64,000 nucleotides of DNA, from contig DASRJX010000119.1 of NCBI GenBank assembly GCA_035649235.1, positions 5,549 through 69,548 of the forward strand. The letters run 5' to 3'. Below are positions 35,346-43,805 of this stretch, piece by piece. Both the position numbers and the translations under genes were made by a program. The notes beneath the pieces are model-generated. The model saw nothing but the letters and a program-made list of their open reading frames with translations. It was not told the DNA's origin and did no database searches. The DNA comes from Candidatus Cryosericum sp. (GTDB lineage Bacteria > Acidobacteriota > Polarisedimenticolia > Gp22-AA2). Numbering within the stretch: the stretch's first letter is position 1; every line of letters begins with the position of its first letter.

Positions 35346-36187
35346 CAGGCGGGGAGCCGGCGGGCCCTGCGGCGCGGGAAGAGCGCCAGCCCCCTGAGCG
35401 CCTCGCTGGCCGCACCGCCGCGCCGCACGGCGATCATCTCCGCCGCGATGCTGACGGCGATCTCGTCCGGCGTCTCGGCGGCGATCGGCAGCCCGATCGG
35501 AGCCCGCAACGTATCCAGCGCCTCCCGGGGCGTCCCCATCTCGAGGGCCCGGGCCACCACGGTTTTCACCTTGCGCCGGCTGCCGATCAGCCCGACGTAG
35601 GCGGCTCCGCGCCCCACGGCGTGACGGACGGCCTCGAGATCGGTCTCGTGGCAGCGGGTCACGATGGCGACGTACGCTCCCTCGGGAACGGGAGGCAGGC
35701 CGTCCTTGAACTGGGCTCCGGCGCGCACGCGGGTCACCGCGGCAGGAAAGCGACTCTCCTTGAGCTCCCGCTCGCGATCGTCGACGACGGACACCAGGAA
35801 CCCGAGGCGGACGGCAAGGCGGGCCAGGGCGCGGCCCACGTGACCGGCGCCGTAGATGAAGAGGGGCGGCGCCGGGGCGATGACCTCCACCAGCACCCGG
35901 ACGGCGCCGCCACACACCATGCCGGTGGAGCCCTCACCGTGCCGGGTGAACCGGTACTCCTTCTCGAACCCCGCGCCGCGCCGCAACGCCTCCCTGGCGT
36001 CGCCGATGACGAGCGCCTCGAAGGCTCCGCCGCCGATGCTGAAGGCGGTGGAGCCGTCGGCGCCGATCAGCATCTTCGCGCCGATGTCCCGCGGCGCGGA
36101 GCCCTGCCGGTGGATGACGGTGGCGATCGCCACCGCCCGGCCGGCGCGCAGCCAGCGTCCCACCCGCTCGTAGAAGGGCAGGCTCAT
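35345..36187 (-). CDS. XdhC/CoxI-family protein (molybdo-enzyme maturation factor-like)
   Basis: XdhC_CoxI N-domain (AIATVIHRQGSAPRDIGAKMLI) plus Rossmann XdhC_C domain (IYGAGHVGRALARLA). Confidence 0.65.
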   Translation of the reverse strand: MSLPFYERVGRWLRAGRAVAIATVIHRQGSAPRDIGAKMLIGADGSTAFSIGGGAFEALVIGDAREALRRGAGFEKEYRFTRHGEGSTGMVCGGAVRVLVEVIAPAPPLFIYGAGHVGRALARLAVRLGFLVSVVDDRERELKESRFPAAVTRVRAGAQFKDGLPPVPEGAYVAIVTRCHETDLEAVRHAVGRGAAYVGLIGSRRKVKTVVARALEMGTPREALDTLRAPIGLPIAAETPDEIAVSIAAEMIAVRRGGAASEALRGLALFPRRRARRLPA

Positions 36188-37149
36188 CTCGGCGGTGTGG
36201 CGGCGTGGTTTCTGGCCCACCAGCGTTGCCAGGGCTCCGGCTTCGTACCCAGCGACTGGCCGGTGATGCGGGCGAGGGTCTCCGCCGCCGAGTCTCGCGC
36301 CGGCCCTTGAGCATCCTTCAGCCGGTCGATCAGGTACGGCACCAGAGCCGGATCGTTGAGGCGCGAGAGCGCGCTGTAGGCGCTGGCGCGCAGTTCCGGA
36401 GCCGGATCGCTTTCGCCCATCGAGCGCAGGAGCGCGCGGGTGGCCTCGTCGTCTCGTCCGGCGAGAGAGGTGATGACGTCGGAGCGCACCTCCATGGCGG
36501 GGTGCTGCACGAGCCGGCCCAGTGCTGTGACGGCCTCCGGTTCCTGGAACTGCCCCAGGGCCTGCACGGCCGCGCGCGCGACGGCGAGCTCGGGATGGCG
36601 GGCGGCCTTCTCCAGGAACGGGATTCCGGCGGGATCTCCCAGGGCGCCGACCGCGAAGCACGTACCCTCGAGGAGATCGGCCGGGCGGTTCTCTTCCACG
36701 CCGGCGAGCAGGACGCCGAGCGCAGCCGGATCGCCGCCACCCCTGTGGATCAGGTTGGCCACCAGGATCCGGCTGTCGCTCAGCTCCCTGGCGGGCCTGA
36801 CCCGGATCGGGTTGTAAGGGAGCATGACCCGGCGGCCGACCGCGAGCTGGGCCCGGAGCGCCTCGCGGGCCCCGGGCTGCGGCATGCGCGCCAACTGGAT
36901 GATCGAAGTCGCACGGTTGAGGGGGACCTTGCTGTCGAGGCCGCGAACGAAAACGGCGTAACCCCCGGACTCGACGATGGACTCGATCTTGTCCGCCGCC
37001 TCCTGGCGGGCCTCCACGTCCTCACTGCCGAGCGCCGCAAAGAGCGCGTCGGCGTTCTCGGCCGGGGCGCAGCCCCCAAGCAGCGCGGCCGTCGCCAGGG
37101 CGACGAGCGCAGCGCATCCGCGACCGACGGGCCGATCGGGAGTCCTCAC
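36184..37149 (-). CDS. HEAT/PBS-lyase-repeat lipoprotein
   Basis: GTG 37149. Lipobox LLGGCAP. Repeated AVxALGxxGDPxAxPxL HEAT-like units. Confidence 0.5.
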   Translation of the reverse strand: MRTPDRPVGRGCAALVALATAALLGGCAPAENADALFAALGSEDVEARQEAADKIESIVESGGYAVFVRGLDSKVPLNRATSIIQLARMPQPGAREALRAQLAVGRRVMLPYNPIRVRPARELSDSRILVANLIHRGGGDPAALGVLLAGVEENRPADLLEGTCFAVGALGDPAGIPFLEKAARHPELAVARAAVQALGQFQEPEAVTALGRLVQHPAMEVRSDVITSLAGRDDEATRALLRSMGESDPAPELRASAYSALSRLNDPALVPYLIDRLKDAQGPARDSAAETLARITGQSLGTKPEPWQRWWARNHAATPPR

Positions 37150-37622
37150 GACTCCTCCTTGTCGTGCAGCGTCCGGAGCAGGATGATCTCGAGCGCGCGC
37201 GTGCCCGCGGGGATCCGGATCGTCACCTCGTCGCCCACCTTGCGCCCCACGAGGGCCTTGCCGATGGGCGAGGTGACGGAGATGAGCCCCTTGGAGAGGT
37301 CGGCCTCCTCCGAAATCACCAGCTCGTAGGCGAATTCCTTGTCCGCCTGCGTGTCGTAGACGGTCACCGTCGACCCGAGGCCGGCGCAATCCCGCGGTAG
37401 ATTGTCGAGGTCGATCATCGACAGGGTCCGCAGCTGGGCCTGGACCTGGCCCATGCGGGCCTGGACGTAGTGTTGGCGCTCCAGGGCGGCCTGGTACTCG
37501 GCGTTCTCCCGGAGATCCCCCAGCGCCTTGGCCCGCTGGATCTCCTTGGGGAGTTCCACGCGGTACTCTCTATCCAGCGCCTTCAACTCCTTCTCGAGCC
37601 TTTCACGCGAACGGTGCAGCAT
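37146..37622 (-). CDS. greA: Transcription elongation factor GreA
   Basis: N-terminal coiled coil with the conserved acidic DLRENAEY motif and C-terminal FKBP-like domain. 158 aa. Confidence 0.9.
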   Translation of the reverse strand: MLHRSRERLEKELKALDREYRVELPKEIQRAKALGDLRENAEYQAALERQHYVQARMGQVQAQLRTLSMIDLDNLPRDCAGLGSTVTVYDTQADKEFAYELVISEEADLSKGLISVTSPIGKALVGRKVGDEVTIRIPAGTRALEIILLRTLHDKEES

Positions 37623-37701
37623 GCGGGGCTCCGAGCGGACGTGGCCTCTGTTCCGCGCGGAAAACTACCATCGCCGCGCTCTCCTGTCAAAGCAGGCGGG
37701 T

Positions 37702-37721
37702 GGGGGGCCTTTCGGCCCCCC
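37702..37721. other. Very stable GC hairpin (GGGGGGCC-UUUC-GGCCCCCC) in the divergent greA/ccmE intergenic region
   Basis: Perfect 8-bp G/C stem with a 4-nt loop. Not positioned as a terminator of any adjacent gene. Confidence 0.5.
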
Positions 37722-37775
37722 GTCATGGTTGGTTAGCTGTGGGAGGATTCGGGATTCAAGCACTTCTCTTATATA

Positions 37776-37840
37776 TCTGCTTTCTCATCGATTCATCGCC
37801 TTACTCTCGAAAGCACATATATAAGCGTTCTGCGGCGTAA
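37776..37840. promoter_or_regulatory. AT-rich imperfect palindrome (CTTATATATcTGCTTTC ... GAAAGCAcATATATAAG, 17/18 match, 24-nt spacer) between greA and ccmE; candidate divergent promoter and operator element
   Basis: Conspicuous AT-rich mirror repeat in a 70 % GC genome. Each arm contains a TATATA -10-like hexamer facing one of the two divergent genes. Confidence 0.35.
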
Positions 37841-37953
37841 TCTAGGTCCCGGCCACCGGAAGTCAAGTCTTTAGCACCGGAAAGCCCCGGGAGTCGCGTT
37901 GACTCTCCCTGGGGGGTGGGCTATCATCCGGCTCCGCCCCACGACGAAGGAGA

Positions 37954-38436
37954 GTGAGCCTCGTGGCGTTCAGTCGTTTCTCCCCCAAGATCCTGGTCTC
38001 CGTCGTCGCGCTCGTCATCGGCTTCGCGATCCTGTTCGGCATCGGTCTGAAGGGCTCGATGGTGTACTACCTCACCGTCGGCGAGTTCCTGGACCGCCAG
38101 GGACGCGAGGACCTGGGCGAGAACTTCCGCGTCAACGGCAACGTCGTGAGCGGCACGATCGAGAGGACCCCCGGGGTGATCGGCGCCCGTTTCAGGATGA
38201 CCGACGGCACGCGGGAGCTTCCGGTCGTCTTCGGCAAGGAAACGCCCGACACGTTCGTGGACGGCAGCGAGGTGGTGGTCGAAGGGCGGATCGGTCCGGA
38301 CGGCCAGTTCGCGGCCACGACCCTGCTCGCCAAGTGCCCCTCCAAGTACGAGTCCACGGCTGCCGGGCGCGACGCTCTCAAGGCCTCGATGCAGCGCCAG
38401 GCCGGGAAGGCGACCCCGGACTCCCCCGCCCGGTGA
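37954..38436 (+). CDS. ccmE: Cytochrome c maturation heme chaperone CcmE, variant with Cys in place of the heme-binding His (CxxxY)
   Basis: N-terminal TM, OB-fold region (RFRMTDGTRELPVVF...), C-terminal LLAKCPSKYES where canonical CcmE has LxKHDENY. Confidence 0.8.
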   Translation: MSLVAFSRFSPKILVSVVALVIGFAILFGIGLKGSMVYYLTVGEFLDRQGREDLGENFRVNGNVVSGTIERTPGVIGARFRMTDGTRELPVVFGKETPDTFVDGSEVVVEGRIGPDGQFAATTLLAKCPSKYESTAAGRDALKASMQRQAGKATPDSPAR

Positions 38437-38463
38437 CCGGGCCCACGGCCGAACCGCAGGGCC

Positions 38464-40455
38464 ATGGCTGATTTCGGCACCCTCTGCCTCCTGATGGCGC
38501 TCGCCACCGCGGGCTGGGCCATGGTGGCCTCCTACAACGGCTGGCGCATCCAATCGGGCGAGCTCATTCTGAGCGCCGAGCGCGCCGTGCTCGCCACCTG
38601 GGGACTGGTGGCTCTGGCCATCGTCGCCCTCGAGCACCTCATCTTCACGGACAGGTTCGACCTCGAGTACGTCGCCTCCTACTCCAACCGTGCGCTCCCG
38701 GCGATGTACAAGGTCGCGGCCCTGTGGGCCGGCCAGTCGGGGTCCATACTGTTCTGGGTCTTCATTCTCTGCACGTACTCGGTGATCGTGGTGCTGCTGC
38801 ACCGGCGGCGCAACCGCGCCCTCATGCCGGTCGTGGTCACGACGCTCTCTGGCGTGACCGTGTTCTTCCTCCTCCTCCTGTGCTTCCTCGCCCGTCCGTT
38901 CGTCGGGCTGTCGCACGCGCCGCCGGACGGCATGGGGATGAACCCGCAGCTGCAGAACCCCTTCATGGCGATCCACCCGCCCTGTCTCTACCTGGGCTAC
39001 GTCGGACTGACGGTGCCGTTCGCGTTCGCCATAGCGGCGCTCGCGACGGGGAAGACGAGCGACACCTGGTTCCGCACCACGCGGCGCTTCACCATCGTCT
39101 CGTGGTTCGTGCTCGGGACCGGCATCCTCCTCGGTGGCTGGTGGGCCTACGTCGAGCTCGGCTGGGGCGGGTGCTGGGCCTGGGACCCGGTCGAGAACGC
39201 CTCCTTCATCCCCTGGCTGACGACGACCGCCTTCCTGCACTCGGTCATGATCGAAGAGCGCAAGAAGATGCTCCGCGTGTGGAACATGTCGCTGGTCATC
39301 ATGAGCTTCCTGCTGTCGATCCTCGGCACCTTCATCACGCGGAGCGGCGTGATCTCCTCCGTCCACTCGTTCACGCGGTCCGACATCGGCCCGATGTTCG
39401 CCGGGTTCCTCGGGCTGTGCGTGGTGGTCTCGGTGGGGCTCCTCCTGCACCGCCTGCCCCTCCTCCAGAGCGAGCATCGGCTGGATTCCTTCGTGTCGCG
39501 CGAGAGCACGTTCCTGTTCAACAATCTCCTGCTCGTGGGCGCCGCCTTCGCGGTGCTCTGGGGCACGCTGTTCCCGATCATCTCGGAGGCGGTGCGGGGG
39601 GTGAAGATCACCGTCGGCCCGCCGTTCTTCAACGAGATCTTCGTGCCGATCACATTCGCAATCATGACCCTCAGCGCCATCTGCCCGATCATCGCCTGGC
39701 GCCGCGCCACGCCGCACAAGCTGCTGGAGAAGATCCGGATCCCGTTCGGGGCCATGGTCGCCGCGACCGCCCTCATGGTGGCGTTCGGCATGAGGGATCT
39801 CTACGCTCTCGTCTCGTTCGCGCTCTCGGCCTTCGTCATCGCGACGACGGTGATGGAGTTCTATTGGGGGACGCGGGCGCGCCGCCGCGCCACCCAGGAG
39901 CGCTGGCTCGCGGCCTTCTGGAACCTGCTCGACCGCAACAAGCGGCGCTACGGCGGCTTCGTGGTCCATCTGGGGATCGTCCTGATCGTCATCGGCGTCA
40001 CGGGGTCGAGCGCCTTCAAGAAGGAAGCCTCGGCGACGCTGGGCCGCGGCGAGGCGTTCTCGGTCGGCCGGTTCGAGCTCCGCCTGGAGGAGATCGTGAG
40101 CCGCGACACGCCGAACCACGAGTTCCTCGGGGCGCGCCTGGCGGTGCTCGACGGCGGGCACCAGGTCGGCACGCTTCTGCCCGGTCAGAATTTCTACAAG
40201 GCGGGCCAGGACCCCTCGTCGGAGGTGGACATCCGGTCCACGCTGCGGGAGGACCTCTACCTCATCATGACCGGGTTCGATCCGCAGCAGGGGCGGGCGA
40301 CGCTCAAGGCCTACATCAACCCGCTGGTGAACTGGATCTGGATCGGCGGCTTGGTCCTGATCCTGGGGTCGTGGTTCGCCATGCTCCCCGACCTGCGCGA
40401 GCGCCGCCGGACGGCCGAAGCCCGGCTCCGGGAACTGCAGCCGCATGCGATCTGA
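38464..40455 (+). CDS. ccmF: Cytochrome c-type biogenesis protein CcmF (heme lyase subunit)
   Basis: 663 aa, multi-TM, WWD-like tryptophan-rich motif (WGGCWAWDPVENASFIPWL), conserved His residues. Confidence 0.9.
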   Translation: MADFGTLCLLMALATAGWAMVASYNGWRIQSGELILSAERAVLATWGLVALAIVALEHLIFTDRFDLEYVASYSNRALPAMYKVAALWAGQSGSILFWVFILCTYSVIVVLLHRRRNRALMPVVVTTLSGVTVFFLLLLCFLARPFVGLSHAPPDGMGMNPQLQNPFMAIHPPCLYLGYVGLTVPFAFAIAALATGKTSDTWFRTTRRFTIVSWFVLGTGILLGGWWAYVELGWGGCWAWDPVENASFIPWLTTTAFLHSVMIEERKKMLRVWNMSLVIMSFLLSILGTFITRSGVISSVHSFTRSDIGPMFAGFLGLCVVVSVGLLLHRLPLLQSEHRLDSFVSRESTFLFNNLLLVGAAFAVLWGTLFPIISEAVRGVKITVGPPFFNEIFVPITFAIMTLSAICPIIAWRRATPHKLLEKIRIPFGAMVAATALMVAFGMRDLYALVSFALSAFVIATTVMEFYWGTRARRRATQERWLAAFWNLLDRNKRRYGGFVVHLGIVLIVIGVTGSSAFKKEASATLGRGEAFSVGRFELRLEEIVSRDTPNHEFLGARLAVLDGGHQVGTLLPGQNFYKAGQDPSSEVDIRSTLREDLYLIMTGFDPQQGRATLKAYINPLVNWIWIGGLVLILGSWFAMLPDLRERRRTAEARLRELQPHAI

Positions 40456-41005
40456 CGCGGTACCCGGCGACCGTCCGCGAGGACTCTACGCGCGGCCCGG
40501 GCGGCGGGCCGCCGGGATCGCAAGGGTCCTGGCGATCGGCTCCGTCCTCGCACTGGCGCCCGTGCCGCCGGCCCCCGCTGCCGAGACGACCCCGCAGGAG
40601 CGCGCCGAGCACGCCCTGATGTGCTTCTGCGGCTGCTCCGACCTGACCATCAGGACCTGCAGCTGCGGCACTGCGGCGCGCGTCAAGGAGGACATCGCGC
40701 GCCGGCTGGCGTCGGGTGCGACGGTCGACCAGGTGATCGAGGCCTACGTCGCGCAGCACGGCGAGCAGATCCGCTCCGCTCCCACCAAGCGGGGCTTCAA
40801 CCTCCTGGCGTGGGTGGTGCCGTTCGCCGCCATCCTGGCGGCGGGAGGCCTGATCGTGGCCTTGATTCGGCGCTGGCAGGCACGCGGCGCCGTGGAGGGG
40901 GCAGTCGTCGGGGCGGGGGGGTCGGCCTCGCCGCTCGCGAATCTCTCGAGCGCCGACCGCAAGATGCTCGAGCGCGTCGAGCGTGAGTTCCGAAGGGATC
41001 TCTGA
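40445..41005 (+). CDS. ccmH: CcmH/CycL-like thiol-redox protein
   Basis: Signal sequence, Cys-rich redox motif (LMCFCGCS...TCSCG) instead of canonical LRCxxC, then the CcmH helical and TM tail (WVVPFAAILAAGGLIVALIRRW). Confidence 0.6.
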   Translation: MRSDAVPGDRPRGLYARPGRRAAGIARVLAIGSVLALAPVPPAPAAETTPQERAEHALMCFCGCSDLTIRTCSCGTAARVKEDIARRLASGATVDQVIEAYVAQHGEQIRSAPTKRGFNLLAWVVPFAAILAAGGLIVALIRRWQARGAVEGAVVGAGGSASPLANLSSADRKMLERVEREFRRDL

Positions 41006-41325
41006 TGCTCGCGCTCGCGGGGATCTTCATGACCTTGCTCGCCTGCTGGCTCGTGCTCGCCCCCCTGCTGACGCGTGCCGCCGCGCCGCTCACCGACGGT
41101 CCGGACCGCCTGGCGGAGTTGCACGAGCTCGAGACGCTGCGGGAGGTCACTTACGAGACGCTGCGCGACATCGAATTCGACTACCACGCCGGCAAGATCT
41201 CGGAGGCCGACTACCGGGAGCTGACCGACCGTTACAAGGCGGAGGCGCTCCAGCTGGTGCGCCGCATCGACGCGCTCGGCGCGGCGGCGCGCCCCGCCGA
41301 GGGGCGGCCGCGGGACCCCTCTTGA
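41005..41325 (+). CDS. Small membrane protein between ccmH and ccmA (possible CcmI/CcmH2 N-terminal-like module)
   Basis: One TM helix then a charged helical region. 106 aa. No firm family. Confidence 0.35.
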   Translation: MLALAGIFMTLLACWLVLAPLLTRAAAPLTDGPDRLAELHELETLREVTYETLRDIEFDYHAGKISEADYRELTDRYKAEALQLVRRIDALGAAARPAEGRPRDPS

Positions 41326-42080
41326 GGGCCGGCTCCGCCTCGCCCGCGGCGTCCCGTGAAGTCGTCGTCGAGGCGGAGCGGCTGGGCCGGAGGTACGGCG
41401 CGCACGCGGCCCTCGACGGTCTCGACCTCCTCGTCGAACGAGGGGAGTCGATCCTCCTCCTCGGCCCCAACGGCGCGGGCAAGTCGACGCTGCTGCGGAT
41501 CCTGGCCACCCTGCTGCGCCCATCCGAGGGCCGGCTGGAGCTGTTCGGGGCCGACCCCAGGGCGTCCGACCGCGCGGCGCTGCGCCGGCGCCTCAGTCTC
41601 CTGTCGCACCAGACCTACCTGTACGACCATCTGACGGCGGAGGAGAACCTCCAGTTCTACGGCCGCCTCTACGGCAGCCGCCCGGCGGACGGGGACCTGC
41701 GCTCCGCCCTGCGGGAAGTCGCCCTCGAGGAGAGGCGAACCGAGCAGGTCCGCGCTCTCTCCCGCGGCATGCAGCAGCGGCTGGCGATCGCGCGGGCGTT
41801 CCTCCACCGGCCGGAGCTTCTGCTGCTGGACGAGCCGTTCACCGGGCTGGACCGTCAGGGAGCCGATCGCCTGCAGGCGATGCTGCGGGACCGGATCCAC
41901 GAGGGCGCCACCTGCGTCCTGGCCACCCACGACTTCGCCACGGCCCTGACGCTCGCGACCCGCGTCGTCGTCCTGGACGCCGGCCGGGCCGTCGTCGACC
42001 GCCCGGCCGCCGGCCTCGACCCCGCGGGGCTGGAAGAGCTCTATCGCCGGTCGACCCGATCGGCCCCTTCGTTCCCGTGA
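41322..42080 (+). CDS. ccmA: Heme exporter ATP-binding protein CcmA
   Basis: Walker A GPNGAGKST, signature LSRGMQQR, Walker B LLLDEPFTGLD. TTG 41322 overlaps the upstream stop; the start is uncertain. Confidence 0.8.
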   Translation: MRAGSASPAASREVVVEAERLGRRYGAHAALDGLDLLVERGESILLLGPNGAGKSTLLRILATLLRPSEGRLELFGADPRASDRAALRRRLSLLSHQTYLYDHLTAEENLQFYGRLYGSRPADGDLRSALREVALEERRTEQVRALSRGMQQRLAIARAFLHRPELLLLDEPFTGLDRQGADRLQAMLRDRIHEGATCVLATHDFATALTLATRVVVLDAGRAVVDRPAAGLDPAGLEELYRRSTRSAPSFP

Positions 42081-42754
42081 GCTACTTCCGGATCGTGGGG
42101 CTGGTCGCGTGGAAGGACCTGCGCACCGAGATGCGCAGCCGCGAGCAGGCCGTGAGCGTGCTGGTCTTCGCGCTGCTGATCCTGGTCGTCTTCAACTTCG
42201 CCTTCGACTTCACCATCATTGACTTCCGGAGCCTCGGGCCGGGCATCCTGTGGGTCGCCTTCCTCTTCTCCGGAGTGCTGGCGCTGAACCATTCCTTCCG
42301 TATCGAGCGCGAGCAGGACCGCATCGAGGGCATCCTCATGGCCCCGATCGACCGCAGCGCGTTCTACCTGGGGAAGGTGCTCGCCACGGTGCTGTTCATG
42401 GCCGCGGTCGAGGCCGTGCTCGTGCCGCTGGCCGCCATTCTCTTCAACCAGACGCTGGGCGGCCGCCTGGGGCTGATGTTCCTCGCCCTGGTCCTGAACA
42501 CCATCGGGTTCGCCGCGGTCGGCACCCTGTTCGCGGCGGTGACCACGCAGACCCGGCGCAGCGAGGTGCTCCTGCCGGTGCTGCTGTTCCCCGCGGCCGT
42601 GCCGATCGCCTTAGCGGCCGTCCGCGCCACGTCGCACATCCTGGCGGGCGGACCGTTCGTGCACTACGCCCACTGGATCTACCTCGCGGCGGCCTACGAC
42701 CTGGTGTTCCTGGCCGCCTCGGTCCTGCTGTTCGACTACGCGCTGCAGGACTGA
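42077..42754 (+). CDS. ccmB: Heme exporter permease CcmB
   Basis: 6-TM, FNFAFDF motif region. GTGA overlap with ccmA. Confidence 0.85.
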   Translation: MSYFRIVGLVAWKDLRTEMRSREQAVSVLVFALLILVVFNFAFDFTIIDFRSLGPGILWVAFLFSGVLALNHSFRIEREQDRIEGILMAPIDRSAFYLGKVLATVLFMAAVEAVLVPLAAILFNQTLGGRLGLMFLALVLNTIGFAAVGTLFAAVTTQTRRSEVLLPVLLFPAAVPIALAAVRATSHILAGGPFVHYAHWIYLAAAYDLVFLAASVLLFDYALQD

Positions 42755-42802
42755 GACGCCCGGAGGAGGTTCGAGGCACGGGCCGGTGGTATCATCCGCG
42801 CC

Positions 42803-43519
42803 ATGCTCGAGCGGGCTCTGTTCGCAGTCACCGCGGGGCTGGTCCCCGCGTCGCTCTACATGATCTTCCTCGTGGCGCCCACGGAAGGAAAGATGGGCGT
42901 CGTCCAGCGCATCTTCTACTTTCACGTCCCCTCCGCCTTCATGGCGTTCCTGGGCGTGGCCGTGTGCGCCGTGGCGAGCGCGCTCTATCTGTACCGGAAG
43001 GACCGTCGGTTCGACATCGCGGCGCACGCCGGGGCGGAGCTGGGCGTGCTGTTCTGCAGCATCGTCCTGATCACGGGTCCGATCTGGGCCCGACCGGTGT
43101 GGGGCGTGTGGTGGACCGGCGAGGTGCGGCTGACGTCCACGCTCATCCTCTGGCTCATCTACGTGGGCTACCTCCTCCTGCGGCAGAACGCGGACGACCG
43201 GGACCAGGCGGCGCGCTGGGCCGCCATCGTCGGCATCGTCGGGGCGCTCGACATGCCGATCATCTATAAGTCGGTCGAGTGGTGGCGCGGCCTGCACCCC
43301 AAGGTCCTCAAGATCTCGGGAGGCGGCGGACTCGACCCGGTCATGGAGAGAACGCTCCTGGTCTGCACCGTGACCATGCTGGGCCTCTTTTCCTGCCTGT
43401 TCCTGGAGCGCTTCCGGCTCGGCCGCCTCCGCGACGAAGTCGAGAGGCTCGAGGCGGATGCCGCGCGCCGGGAGGCGCGCGGTTCGCGCTCCCCGCAGCC
43501 GGCGGGCGTCGCGCCATGA
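42803..43519 (+). CDS. ccmC: Heme exporter protein CcmC
   Basis: WWD domain (WGVWWTGEVRLT) and conserved His residues. 238 aa. Confidence 0.9.
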   Translation: MLERALFAVTAGLVPASLYMIFLVAPTEGKMGVVQRIFYFHVPSAFMAFLGVAVCAVASALYLYRKDRRFDIAAHAGAELGVLFCSIVLITGPIWARPVWGVWWTGEVRLTSTLILWLIYVGYLLLRQNADDRDQAARWAAIVGIVGALDMPIIYKSVEWWRGLHPKVLKISGGGGLDPVMERTLLVCTVTMLGLFSCLFLERFRLGRLRDEVERLEADAARREARGSRSPQPAGVAP

Positions 43520-43767
43520 ACTGTCCCGAGCCCGGCGCGCTCCTGGCGGGCCTCCTGGCCGCCATCCAGGAGGCCGCGCCTCAAGCCACCTTCACTGCCG
43601 CCGATGCGGCGGCACGGCCCGAGGTCGTGCAGCGCGGGTTCCGCTTCCTGACGGCGGCGTACAGCGTCGTCTGGGTGATCCTCGCCGTCTACCTCCTCAC
43701 GCTCTCGATCCGCCAGCGCCGCCTGGCGCAGCAGATCCGCCGGCTGCGCGAGCGCCTCGGCCTGTAG
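43516..43767 (+). CDS. ccmD: Small single-TM protein in the CcmD position
   Basis: ATGA overlap with ccmC. One TM helix then R-rich tail (IRQRRLAQQIRRLRERL). Confidence 0.45.
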   Translation: MNCPEPGALLAGLLAAIQEAAPQATFTAADAAARPEVVQRGFRFLTAAYSVVWVILAVYLLTLSIRQRRLAQQIRRLRERLGL

Positions 43768-43805
43768 GCCGCTCCGGGGACTCCACGACGCAGGGAGGAG
43801 GGCCG

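Noticed and set aside
37726-37953. Possible tRNA or tRNA-Sec in the greA/ccmE intergenic region (GATTCAAG anticodon-like, GAGTC-GCGTT-GACTC stem-loop)
   Set aside because: No cloverleaf could be assembled: no T-loop TTCRANY in a 5-bp stem with a 7-nt loop, and no acceptor stem pairing. Treated as regulatory or structured RNA of unknown type instead.
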